A DNA stretch of 22,895 bases from Kofleriaceae bacterium. Lineage in GTDB: Bacteria; Myxococcota_A; Polyangia; Haliangiales; Haliangiaceae. A program made the position numbers and the translations under genes. Location of the stretch: the NCBI GenBank assembly GCA_046597055.1, contig JBKJLC010000155.1, positions 1 through 22,895 of the forward strand, read 5' to 3'. Positions 1-13,398 of the stretch are shown here, piece by piece; positions within the stretch are counted from its first letter, which is position 1, and every line of letters begins with the position of its first letter. Under the pieces are notes generated by a model, which saw only the letters and a program-made list of their open reading frames with translations, did no database searches and had not been told where the DNA came from.

Positions 1-656
1 GTGACGTCCTCGAGCCCGACGACCGCCGGGATCTCGTGGGCGCGCGCGATGATCGCGGTGTGCGAGGTCTTGCCGCCCGCGTTCGTGCACAGCGCGGCGA
101 CCGCGGCGCGGTGGAGCTGCGCGGTGTCGCCGGGGGACAGGTCGTGCGCCACGACGATCGCATCGGGCGGCGGCACGACCTGGGTCTCGGTCCCGAGCAG
201 GTTGCGCAGGACCCGCTCGCCGACGAACTCGATATCGCTGCGGCGCTCGCGGAAGTAGTCGTCCTCGATCGCGTCGAACACCCCGCGGATGTCGTCGACC
301 GCCTTGCGCAGCGCCCACTCGGCGTTGATGAACTCGTCGCGGACGTAGCCGATGGTCGCGTCGACCAAGTGCTCGTCGTGGAGCATCAGCTGGTGGGCGG
401 TGATGATGTGGAAGTCGCTCTCGCCCTCCGACGCCGCCAGCTTGTCCTTGATCTTCTCGAGCTGGCGATCCGACGACTGGATCGCGCGGTGCAGGCGCGC
501 GACCTCGGCATCGACGTCGTCATTCTCGATGTGGTAGCGCGGCTCCTTGATCAGGTCGCGGCCGACCAGGAACGCCCGGCCGATCGCGATGCCGGCCGAG
601 ACCGCCACGCCGTCGCGGCGGATCTCGTGCTTGCGACTGTCGTCGCGGGGGCTCAC
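1..656 (-). CDS. ptsI: Phosphoenolpyruvate-protein phosphotransferase (PTS Enzyme I), 5' part; runs off the window edge
   Basis: Manual translation from GTG at 656 gives MSPRDDSRKHEIRRDGVAVSAGIAIGRAF...YFRERRSDIEFVGERVLRNL...AHDLSPGDT...GGKTSHTAIIARAHEIPAVVG, which includes the EI phospho-His motif. No N-terminal GAF domain. Absent from the ORF track because there is no stop in the window. Confidence 0.95.
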   Translation of the reverse strand, partial: MSPRDDSRKHEIRRDGVAVSAGIAIGRAFLVGRDLIKEPRYHIENDDVDAEVARLHRAIQSSDRQLEKIKDKLAASEGESDFHIITAHQLMLHDEHLVDATIGYVRDEFINAEWALRKAVDDIRGVFDAIEDDYFRERRSDIEFVGERVLRNLLGTETQVVPPPDAIVVAHDLSPGDTAQLHRAAVAALCTNAGGKTSHTAIIARAHEIPAVVGLEDV

Positions 657-664
657 ACCGGCAC

Positions 665-943
665 CTATCGGTCCTCGCCGAACCGCTCCTCGACGAGCTG
701 GACCAACGCGTTGACGCAGGCCTCGGCCTGGGGCCCCTTGGCCTGGATCGCGATGGCGGTGCCCTTCGATGCGACCAGCATCAGGACCCCCATGATGCTC
801 TTGCCGTTGACGTCGTGGCCGTCCTTGCCGACGGTGACGTCGCACGGGTACTTGCCCGCCAGCTGCACGAACTTGGTCGCGGCCCGGGCGTGCAGACCGA
901 GCTCGTTCCTGATGACCACCGTGCGCTTGGCAAGCTCGGACAT
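665..943 (-). CDS. ptsH: Phosphocarrier protein HPr
   Basis: GLHARAA (His15-equivalent) and NGKSIMGVLML (Ser46-equivalent) motifs; 92 aa; SD-like GGGGGA upstream. Confidence 0.96.
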   Translation of the reverse strand: MSELAKRTVVIRNELGLHARAATKFVQLAGKYPCDVTVGKDGHDVNGKSIMGVLMLVASKGTAIAIQAKGPQAEACVNALVQLVEERFGEDR

Positions 944-1783
944 CTATTCCCCCCTGTCGACGTCACGGTGCCGGACCAGGATGTCCCAGGCGTCGCCGAG
1001 CCGCCGGCGCAGCTCCTCGACGATCGCCACCGACCGGTGGCGGCCACCGGTACAGCCGATGGCGATGGTGACGTACAGCTTGCCCTCGGTCTGGAACTGC
1101 GGCAGCGAGAAGCGCAGCAGCGCCTCGATGCGACCGATCAGCTCCTGGCCGTTGTCCGAATCGCACACGAAGCGCGCGACCTCGGGGTCGCGGCCGTCAT
1201 GCGGCTTCAGGAGCGGCACGAAGTACGGGTTGGGCAGGAACCGGACGTCGAACACCAGGTTGAACTCGGCGGGCAGCCCGTGCTTGAACCCGAACGAGAC
1301 CAGGCTGACCGCGAGCTTGCCGTCGCCGCCGTAGCGATCCTGGATGATCGCCTTGAGCTGGTGGGTGTTGAGGTTCGAGGTGTCGACCACCACCGCCCCG
1401 TGGCGCAGCGACTCGGTGATCTCGCGGTCGCGGCGGACGCCGTCGTGGAGGTCGTCGCCCGACAGCGGGTGCCGGCGCCGGGTCTCCGAGAACCGGCGCA
1501 GGATGACCTCCTCGGTCGAGTCGAGGAACATCACCTCGAGCCGGTGGCCGGCGCCGCGCAGGCGCGCCAGCTGGTCGGGGTACTGGCCGAGGTAGCGGCG
1601 CTGGCGGCTGTCGATCGCGATCGCGATCTTCTGGCCCTCGCCCTCGTGGGCGAGGTGCTCGCACAGCTGCGACAGGAACGGCAGCGGCAGGTTGTCGACG
1701 CAGTAGAACTCGACGTCCTCGAGCGCGCGCAGCGCGGTCGACTTGCCGGCCCCCGACAGCCCGGTGACGATCACGATGTGCAC
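944..1783 (-). CDS. rapZ: RNase adapter RapZ / YvcJ-family P-loop protein
   Basis: C-terminal 279 aa of the 944..2824 ORF, starting at GTG 1783. Motifs IVTGLSGAGKSTAL, CVDNLP, SFGFKHG, DVRFLPNPYF, IGCTGGRHRSV. Confidence 0.95.
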   Translation of the reverse strand: MHIVIVTGLSGAGKSTALRALEDVEFYCVDNLPLPFLSQLCEHLAHEGEGQKIAIAIDSRQRRYLGQYPDQLARLRGAGHRLEVMFLDSTEEVILRRFSETRRRHPLSGDDLHDGVRRDREITESLRHGAVVVDTSNLNTHQLKAIIQDRYGGDGKLAVSLVSFGFKHGLPAEFNLVFDVRFLPNPYFVPLLKPHDGRDPEVARFVCDSDNGQELIGRIEALLRFSLPQFQTEGKLYVTIAIGCTGGRHRSVAIVEELRRRLGDAWDILVRHRDVDRGE

Positions 1784-1785
1784 GG

Positions 1786-2765
<980 letters not shown>

Positions 2766-2766
<1 letters not shown>

Positions 2767-3227
2767 TAGTACTTCGCGTCTTCCTCGGCGATGACCTGGA
2801 ACATCGCCGTGGCGTCGGGTGCATCGAGGAGTCGGCGACGGAAGGCCGGATCCTTGAACACCCGGCTGATGCGCGCGAGCGCCTTCAGGTGGGCGCCGGT
2901 CGAGCTCTCGGGCGCGACCAGGACGAAAAACAGGAAGGTCGGCTGCTTGTCCATCGAGTCGAAGTCGACGCCACCCGGCGCGCGGCCCAGGCAGGCGACG
3001 ATCTCGCTGACGGTGGCCAGCTTGCCGTGCGGGATGGCGACGCCCTCACCGATCGCGGTCGACGCGAGCATCTCGCGGTCGACGAGCACCTTCGTGAGGT
3101 GGACCCGGTCGATGCGGGGATGCTGACCGGAGATGTGCGTGGCCAGCTCCTCGAGGAGGCCACGCTTATCTTTGGCCTTGAGGGCCGGCACGATCATGTC
3201 GCGCCCGATCAGGTCGACGATCTTCAT
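2766..3227 (-). CDS. ptsN: PTS EIIA (Ntr/Fru family)
   Basis: RE..ASTAIGEGVAIPHGK phospho-His motif, GVDFDSMD, HLKALARISR; position downstream of rpoN-hpf. Confidence 0.92.
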
Positions 3228-3288
3228 CCGACGTGCGCCAACCTACCATGATCGCAGCCAGGCCAAGCCCTGTCGGCCACAACCAAGC

Positions 3289-3330
3289 GCTGCCCCGCCC
3301 GGGAACCGGCCCCGAGCGGGGATCGGCAGC
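3289..3330 (-). terminator. GC-rich stem-loop downstream of hpf (terminator or mRNA-stabilising hairpin)
   Basis: Outer arms gctgcc/ggcagc; inner arms cccgcccggg/cccgagcggg with 1 mismatch; no strong U-tract. Confidence 0.35.
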
Positions 3331-3343
3331 ACCGAACCTGGGT

Positions 3344-3937
3344 TCAGGCGCTGGCCGGGGTCTCGATCAGGCCGTAGCTGCCATCGGCGCGCCGGTACAG
3401 CACGGTCACGCGGCCCTCGGCCTCGGTTGACCGGAACACCATCACATCCTCGTGGGCCAGGTTCAGCCGGGCGATCGCGTCCGCCACGCTCATCGGGTTG
3501 GCGTGAAACTGCTCGGTCTTGACGATCTTGTACTCGGGCGCGCGGCCCGCGGTGGTTGGCGCCTTGGCCGGCTCCTCGAACCCGCTGAACGCCTCGTTGA
3601 CGATGGAGTGCGACCAGGGCAGCGGCTCGACGTGGTGGGGCCGGACCCGCTGCTCCTCGACCTTGCCCTTGTACTTGCGGACCTGGCGCTCGATCTTCGC
3701 GATCACCAGATCGATCGACGAGTACATGTTCTCGGTCGTCTCGTGACCGGCGACGGTGAGCCCGTTGTGGAGCTGGAAGTTGACGTCGATCCGGTGGTTG
3801 TGCCGCTCGGTGGAGAGCACGACGTGGCAAGCGATGGGGTCAGGCAGGTATTTGTGGATGCGATCCATTCGCTCACGCGCGTAGGACTTCAGGGCATCCG
3901 TGGGTTCCATGTGCCTGAACACGACCGAGAATTGCAT
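3344..3937 (-). CDS. hpf: Ribosome hibernation promoting factor, long form (RaiA/HPF plus C-terminal S30AE domain)
   Basis: Starts MQFSVVFRHMEPTDALKSY after a GGAGG SD; NMYSSIDLVIAKIERQVRKYK; C-domain PMSVADAI...VLYRRADGSYGLIE. Confidence 0.93.
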   Translation of the reverse strand: MQFSVVFRHMEPTDALKSYARERMDRIHKYLPDPIACHVVLSTERHNHRIDVNFQLHNGLTVAGHETTENMYSSIDLVIAKIERQVRKYKGKVEEQRVRPHHVEPLPWSHSIVNEAFSGFEEPAKAPTTAGRAPEYKIVKTEQFHANPMSVADAIARLNLAHEDVMVFRSTEAEGRVTVLYRRADGSYGLIETPASA

Positions 3938-4143
3938 GCCGCCTCCATGGTGCCGGGCCGGGCCTGCCCCAGCCGGGTGCTCCACGATTCTAGCGCTGGC
4001 CGGCACCTCGGCGGCACCCCATAACGGAGACCCACACGCGTCATGACCCGCGGCGCGCTCCCGACAGACCGGGCTCGATCTCTTGCGTGCGAGCGGCTAC
4101 GATCCGCCCCGACCCGTCCGGCAGGGGCCGGAGCCGGGCGGCG

Positions 4144-5637
<1,494 letters not shown>

Positions 5638-5683
5638 CGGGAATCTCCTTGTTAGATCAATATTTTACGAACCAACATATCGT

Positions 5684-5699
5684 TGGCACGCCGCGTGTA
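5684..5699 (+). promoter_or_regulatory. Sigma54 -24/-12-like site with degenerate -12, antisense to rpoN
   Basis: TGGCACG-CCGC-GTGTA versus consensus TGGCACG-N4-TTGCW; the -24 element is perfect. Confidence 0.5.
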
Positions 5700-5704
5700 T
5701 AAGG

Positions 5705-5733
5705 ACACTACTCGATGCCAATTGGGATGTAAA
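5705..5733 (-). promoter_or_regulatory. Putative sigma70-type promoter of the rpoN operon
   Basis: Minus strand TTTACA (5733-5728), 17-bp spacer, TAGTGT (5710-5705), within the most AT-rich intergenic stretch of the window. Confidence 0.6.
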
Positions 5734-5750
5734 GGCTGCGGGACAACCCG

Positions 5751-5766
5751 TGGCCTGGATGTTGCT
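5751..5766 (+). promoter_or_regulatory. Sigma54 -24/-12-like site, antisense to rpoN
   Basis: TGGCCTG-GATG-TTGCT: exact GG-N10-GC spacing and a perfect -12 element. Confidence 0.55.
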
Positions 5767-5869
5767 TTTACAAGCCCTTGCGCCGGGTTGAAGCAAGCGA
5801 TAGGCCCACGCGATGGCGCGCGCCGCCGCTCCCACGGCAGCTCGCGTGCCAGCGGCGGCGCCGCGGCTT

Positions 5870-7530
<1,661 letters not shown>

Positions 7531-7709
7531 TCATCGCGGTACCGATGCTCCCGCGATCGGGACCGGCGACGTTTGCCGTCGAACCGCGGTCCGGTTCGCG
7601 GTACGCTCGATCCTCCCGCTGCCGGCGAGCGACGCGGCCGTCGAGCACCCGCCGGGGCGCCCCGGCCGTCGCTGCAGCCATCACGCCTCGACCGGGATGC
7701 CCGCGTCGG

Positions 7710-8585
7710 TCAGCGCAGCTTGACGGCGCGGATGGCGTAGGCGGTCGTCAGGGCGCAGCCGTCGCTGGGGTTCGACCGCCAGACCTGGAGCGCGAGGATC
7801 GGGCTGGCTGGATCGAGCACCGCCTCGACCCGGTTGGCGGTCAGCTGACAGTCGAGATCGTCGTCGGACTTCGGCCGCTCGCCGACCGGGGCGAAGGTCT
7901 CGGAGAACAGCGGCGTGCCCCCGGCGGTCACGGTGACCACGCCCTTGCTGGACAGGGTCACGGTGGCGCCGCCGATCGTGCACGCGCCGTCGACGCCGAT
8001 CTTGATGGCGTCGGCCGGATCGTCGTCGGTGTTGCCGTCGAAGGTGGCGCAGCGCTCGGCGGAGGCGCCGAAGTGCGCAGGATCGACCTCGGCCCGGGCC
8101 TTCACCTTGGCGACCGCCGCGAGCACCCGCGTGCGCGCGGCCTCGGCGCGGGCCTTGGCCGCCGGATCGGCCGAGTCGTCGTCGTAGCTCGCCTCCTCGA
8201 TGGCCAGCCCGTCCTGGTAGGCCATCACCACGACCATCTCGGCGGCGCCCTTGCCGACCGGCGCGAAGTGACAGACCACCTCGCTGACGCTGGCCATGCC
8301 GTTGTTGGCGGCGGTGCACCACACGATCCGGCTGCCGTCGCGGGCGAGCGCGGGCGCCTGGTAGTAGGGCGCGGCGCCCATGGCGGCGGCGACCACCGCC
8401 TCGCTCGGGTTGCCCTCGTCGTCGGGCGGAGGCGCCGGCGCCGCGTCGATCGGCGCCGGGGCCGCATCGGGGGGCACCGCGACCGCGGTGCCGGTGCCGG
8501 CGCCGACCGCCGGCTGCTTCTTGCAGCCGGCCAGGGCCAGCCCCAGCGCGACCGCGATCGAGGCGGGTCTGGTCAATCGGTTCAT
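7710..8585 (-). CDS. Hypothetical lipoprotein with Pro/Ala linker and six further Cys
   Basis: ATG at 8585 follows an AAGGAG SD; MNRLTRPASIAVALGLALAG-C lipobox; PPDAAPAPIDAAP linker. Confidence 0.8.
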   Translation of the reverse strand: MNRLTRPASIAVALGLALAGCKKQPAVGAGTGTAVAVPPDAAPAPIDAAPAPPPDDEGNPSEAVVAAAMGAAPYYQAPALARDGSRIVWCTAANNGMASVSEVVCHFAPVGKGAAEMVVVMAYQDGLAIEEASYDDDSADPAAKARAEAARTRVLAAVAKVKARAEVDPAHFGASAERCATFDGNTDDDPADAIKIGVDGACTIGGATVTLSSKGVVTVTAGGTPLFSETFAPVGERPKSDDDLDCQLTANRVEAVLDPASPILALQVWRSNPSDGCALTTAYAIRAVKLR

Positions 8586-8721
8586 CGTGCGCTCCTTCCC
8601 GCCCCCGACATGGCCAGGAGAGCGTACTCCATGGCGCTTCTGCACAAGGCAGACCTCGCACCTGACTCGTGACCCCGGACCCCGGCGTCATTGTTGACCG
8701 CTTCGCTCCGCTCGCTGGGGG

Positions 8722-10284
<1,563 letters not shown>

Positions 10285-10367
10285 CGCGCAGAAATCTACA
10301 CGAACCACGCGAGGTCCGTGCCGTGAAGACTCTTCGAAGCCGGACTCGGGCGCGCTATCCTCGCCAG

Positions 10368-10931
10368 GTGGTCCTCGAACCGGGCGAGTTGATCGCGGAC
10401 CGCTTCGAGGTCGAGGCCGCGGTGGGCGGCGGTGGCATGAGCTACCTCTACAGCGCCCGCGACCGCGCGACCGGCCAGCACGTCGCGCTCGAGGCCAGTG
10501 ACCCGGTCGCGGCCGAGCGCGCCGCGCGGGCCGCGCTCGCGATCGCGTCGGCCGAGCCCGTGCTGCCGCTCAACCAGGCCGAGTCGCTCGCGATCGTGGC
10601 GCAGGCGCTGCTCGCGCAGGGCCGCGGCGATGAGGCGCTGGTCCATGCCCAGCGCGCGCTCGAGCAGCACGAGCGCCTGGGCGGCATCGACGACGGCGAG
10701 GCGATCATCCGGCTGACCTGGGCTGAGGCCCTGGCCGCGGTCGGCCGCCGCGCCGAGGCCATCGCTGCTGGCGATCGCGCCCGCGCCCGCCTGCTCGAGC
10801 GAGCCGCCGCCATCACCGATCCAGCGCTGCGCGCCTCGTTCCTCGAGCGCGTCCCCGAGAACGCCCGCACGTTCGCGCGTCGGCCCTCGCTACACCGCCT
10901 GCTGGATCCCGAGGCTGGCCCTCAGGATTGA
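10368..10931 (+). pseudogene. Internally deleted Ser/Thr kinase-(ATPase)-TPR gene: kinase N-lobe start fused in frame to a C-terminal helical/TPR tail
   Basis: LIADRFEVEAAVGGGGMSYLYSARDRATGQHVAL (kinase subdomains I-II) is followed directly by TPR-like helices ending ITDPALRASFLERVPENART. The catalytic Lys, HRD and DFG are absent. Confidence 0.75.
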
Positions 10932-10936
10932 TCCGA

Positions 10937-10957
10937 GCTCTCGATGTGATCGAGAGC
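10937..10957. terminator. Perfect 9-bp inverted repeat between convergent genes
   Basis: GCTCTCGAT-gtg-ATCGAGAGC. Confidence 0.5.
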
Positions 10958-10989
10958 GTTGCCCGCTTTCCGGTCGCCCTGAAGCCGGA

Positions 10990-13248
10990 TCAGGGCTTCA
11001 TCCAGTCGGGGGTGGGCTCGGCCGAGCCGGTGCCGGTGCCCGGCGTCGGAGGGGCCGCGGTGCCCTTGCTGGTCCCGGTGCCAGTGCCCGGCGTCGGAGG
11101 GGCCGCGGTGCCCTTGCCGGTCCCGGGCGTCGTGCCGGTGCCGGTGCCAGTCGCCGTGCCTGCGCCGGTCCCGGGGGTCGCGCCCGTGCCGGGGGTCGTC
11201 CCGGTCGCGGTGCCCTTGCCGGTCCCGGTCGCGGTGCCCGCGCCAGTGCCGGTCGTCGCGCCCGAGCCCGCGGCGGTCCCCGCGCCGGTGCCGGGCGTCG
11301 CGCCAGTGCCGGTCGATGCGGTGCCCGCCCCACCGCCACCGCCACCGCCGGTTCCGCCACCACCGCCACCACCGTCACCCCCGCCGCGCACCTGCGCGAG
11401 CGTGGCGTCGAGCGAGGCGACCATGGCCGCACCATCGGTCGTGAACTCGGCCGGCTTGACCACCTTGTTGTACGGCGCGTAGCCGTTGCGACGCAGCCCG
11501 AGGCGAACCTCACGCCCGACCTGCCGGCCGCTCAACGTGATGTCGGCCGGCGTCTTCTTGCCGGTCGGCCCACCGTCGAGCAGGATCGCGGCGCCCGCCG
11601 GCGACGACGTCACCCGGATCTTCCGCGGCAGCGGCTCGAGCTTCACCGTCGGCACCTTGGTGCCGACCTGGACCTCGAGCTCCACCGGCTTGTAGGTGTC
11701 GGCGGTGACGATCACCTTGTGCTTCTTGCCCTTCTCGAGCGTGGCGACGAACGGCGACTTGCCCCCGCTCGAGCCCACGACCTCGACCTGCGCGCCCGCG
11801 ACGCTTGCCTTGATCTCGACCGTGCCGGTCTCGACCGGCGGCACCGGCGCAGCCGCCGCGTCGACGTCGGGCACCGCCGCCATCGTGGCCGCGTCGGGAG
11901 TCAGGGCCGCCGCGGTTCCGGGCGTCGCCGTGCCCGGCAGCGCCATGTCCGGCACCACCGACCCCGCGCCGCCGGCCTGCGATCCGGTGCCCTCGCCGAG
12001 ATCGTCGGTGTGATCCTTGCGCAGCACCAGGAACCAGACCGCCGCCGCGACCACGGCCGCGAGCAACAGGCCGATGATCACGGCGACCGGCGCCTTCGAT
12101 CCCTCGGGCGGCGCCACCGGCTTGCTGGAGAATCCGTCGGTCGCGGTCGCCTTGGCCGCCGCAGCCCCGGCGTCGGTGGGCTTGCGCCCGGCGCGGCGCG
12201 CCGCGAGCTCGTCAGTCTGCTTGGCGTCGGCCGCGGCCTTGGCATCGACGACCACCGACTTCGCGTCGGCCTTCGCGTCGATCGCGGCCTTCGAGTCGCG
12301 ACCCGCCTTGCTGACGGGGACCGCCTTGGTCTCGGCCGGCTTGGGGGCGGCCGCCTTGGGCGCGGGCTCGGCCGGCTTCGCCTCCACCGCCGGCCTGGTC
12401 ACCACCGCCGGCTTGGCCTCGACGGCCGGCGTGATCGGCACGCCCGGCGCGGAAGGCCTGGTCTCGACCGTCGGCGACTTCGACTCGCGCGCGGCCCGCG
12501 CGACCGCATCGCTGTCGGCAGGCTTGACCTCGGCCGCGGCCGGCTTGGCCGCCGCCTTGGCATCGGCCGCCGCGGCCTTGGCCTCGGCGACCGCCTTGGC
12601 CGCCGCGCGCGCCTTGGAGTCCCCGATCGCGGTCTGCGCGACCAGCTCGTCGAGCGAGCGCACCTTGGTGGCCTCCTCGAAGGCCTCATCGGGGAACTCG
12701 TCGGCGTCGCTATGGAACGGCATCGGCCGCGGCAGCGGCGTGTTGTCGGTGCGCTCGTCGGCGAAGCTGCCGCGCGACGGCGCCATGTTGCCGAGCTTGG
12801 GCCGCATCTCGTTGGCGAGCGCGCCGACCAGCGGCGATGGCGCGACCCGGGTCGGCACATCGGTGAAGCTCTTGGGCACGTCCGGGGGCGGTGGCGCCGA
12901 CGGCTGCTTGGCCTTCTCGGCCAGGATCTTGTCGAGGATGGGCTGGCTGCCGTCGCCGAGCTTGTCGAAGCGCACGCCCATCCCGGGCGCGGCGTTGGGC
13001 CGCGACGGATCGTTCTCACGCGTCCACACCACCGTGCCCTCGCCGGTGATCAGCGGCGTCGCGTCGCGCAGCTGGAACTCGAAGCGCATCTGCGTGCCGA
13101 CGGCGAGCGGTTCCTTGGTCCGGATGAAGATGCCACCCGGCGAAACGTCGACGGCGTATCGTTCGATGAACTGATCGATCGTCGCGCTCTTGAACTTGAT
13201 CTTGAGCGTGACCGGAGCGCGCTTCGTTTGACGGGTGTTGCTGTCCAC
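10990..13248 (-). CDS. TIGR02266 (myxobacterial PilZ-like) domain membrane protein with PEGA-like domains and Gly/Thr-rich tail
   Basis: GTG at 13248 follows an AGGGAG SD. RQTKR..DVSPGGIFIRT..GEGTVVW..PGMGVRF; Ala/Lys/Pro linker; TM helix VAVIIGLLLAAVVAAAVWFLVL; PEGA-like VTSSPAGAAILLDG..GKKTP. Confidence 0.85.
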   Translation of the reverse strand: MDSNTRQTKRAPVTLKIKFKSATIDQFIERYAVDVSPGGIFIRTKEPLAVGTQMRFEFQLRDATPLITGEGTVVWTRENDPSRPNAAPGMGVRFDKLGDGSQPILDKILAEKAKQPSAPPPPDVPKSFTDVPTRVAPSPLVGALANEMRPKLGNMAPSRGSFADERTDNTPLPRPMPFHSDADEFPDEAFEEATKVRSLDELVAQTAIGDSKARAAAKAVAEAKAAAADAKAAAKPAAAEVKPADSDAVARAARESKSPTVETRPSAPGVPITPAVEAKPAVVTRPAVEAKPAEPAPKAAAPKPAETKAVPVSKAGRDSKAAIDAKADAKSVVVDAKAAADAKQTDELAARRAGRKPTDAGAAAAKATATDGFSSKPVAPPEGSKAPVAVIIGLLLAAVVAAAVWFLVLRKDHTDDLGEGTGSQAGGAGSVVPDMALPGTATPGTAAALTPDAATMAAVPDVDAAAAPVPPVETGTVEIKASVAGAQVEVVGSSGGKSPFVATLEKGKKHKVIVTADTYKPVELEVQVGTKVPTVKLEPLPRKIRVTSSPAGAAILLDGGPTGKKTPADITLSGRQVGREVRLGLRRNGYAPYNKVVKPAEFTTDGAAMVASLDATLAQVRGGGDGGGGGGGTGGGGGGGAGTASTGTGATPGTGAGTAAGSGATTGTGAGTATGTGKGTATGTTPGTGATPGTGAGTATGTGTGTTPGTGKGTAAPPTPGTGTGTSKGTAAPPTPGTGTGSAEPTPDWMKP
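11030..11385 (-). repeat. Coding low-complexity Gly/Thr repeats, including an exact 34-nt direct repeat at 48-nt period
   Basis: gtgcccggcgtcggaggggccgcggtgcccttgc at 11036-11069 and 11084-11117 (KGTAAPPTPGT twice); several TPGTG/GTATGTG units; poly-Gly run. Confidence 0.85.
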
Positions 13249-13398
13249 CAGGTTCTCCCTAGTACCGAAGGTTTGGACCGGAGCCATGCGCGACCCCTGC
13301 GCAGCGCGTTCGCGGCGTCATGAGCCCCAGAGCCGGGTCACCAAAAGATCGGCTGGCGCCGGTGATCGCAACGCTTCGATATGCTTCATCTTACGAAC

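Noticed and set aside
3938..4143. rpoN-hpf intergenic region as a possible sRNA or promoter (TAGAAT at 3992-3987, GC hairpin near 4104-4141)
   Set aside because: No convincing -35 element and no recognisable RNA family; such hairpins are easily formed by chance at this GC content.
8698..8718. REP-like motif gcttcgctccgctcgct after accC
   Set aside because: Single copy in the window with no partner arm, so a repeat family cannot be supported.
11030..11330. Periodic repeats as a possible CRISPR array
   Set aside because: The repeats are in frame, codon-degenerate and lack unique spacers, and there are no cas genes in the window.
10928..11482. PVPG-repeat (elastin-like) ORF on the plus strand
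   Set aside because: It is the reverse-complement reading of the Gly/Thr tail of the TIGR02266 protein.
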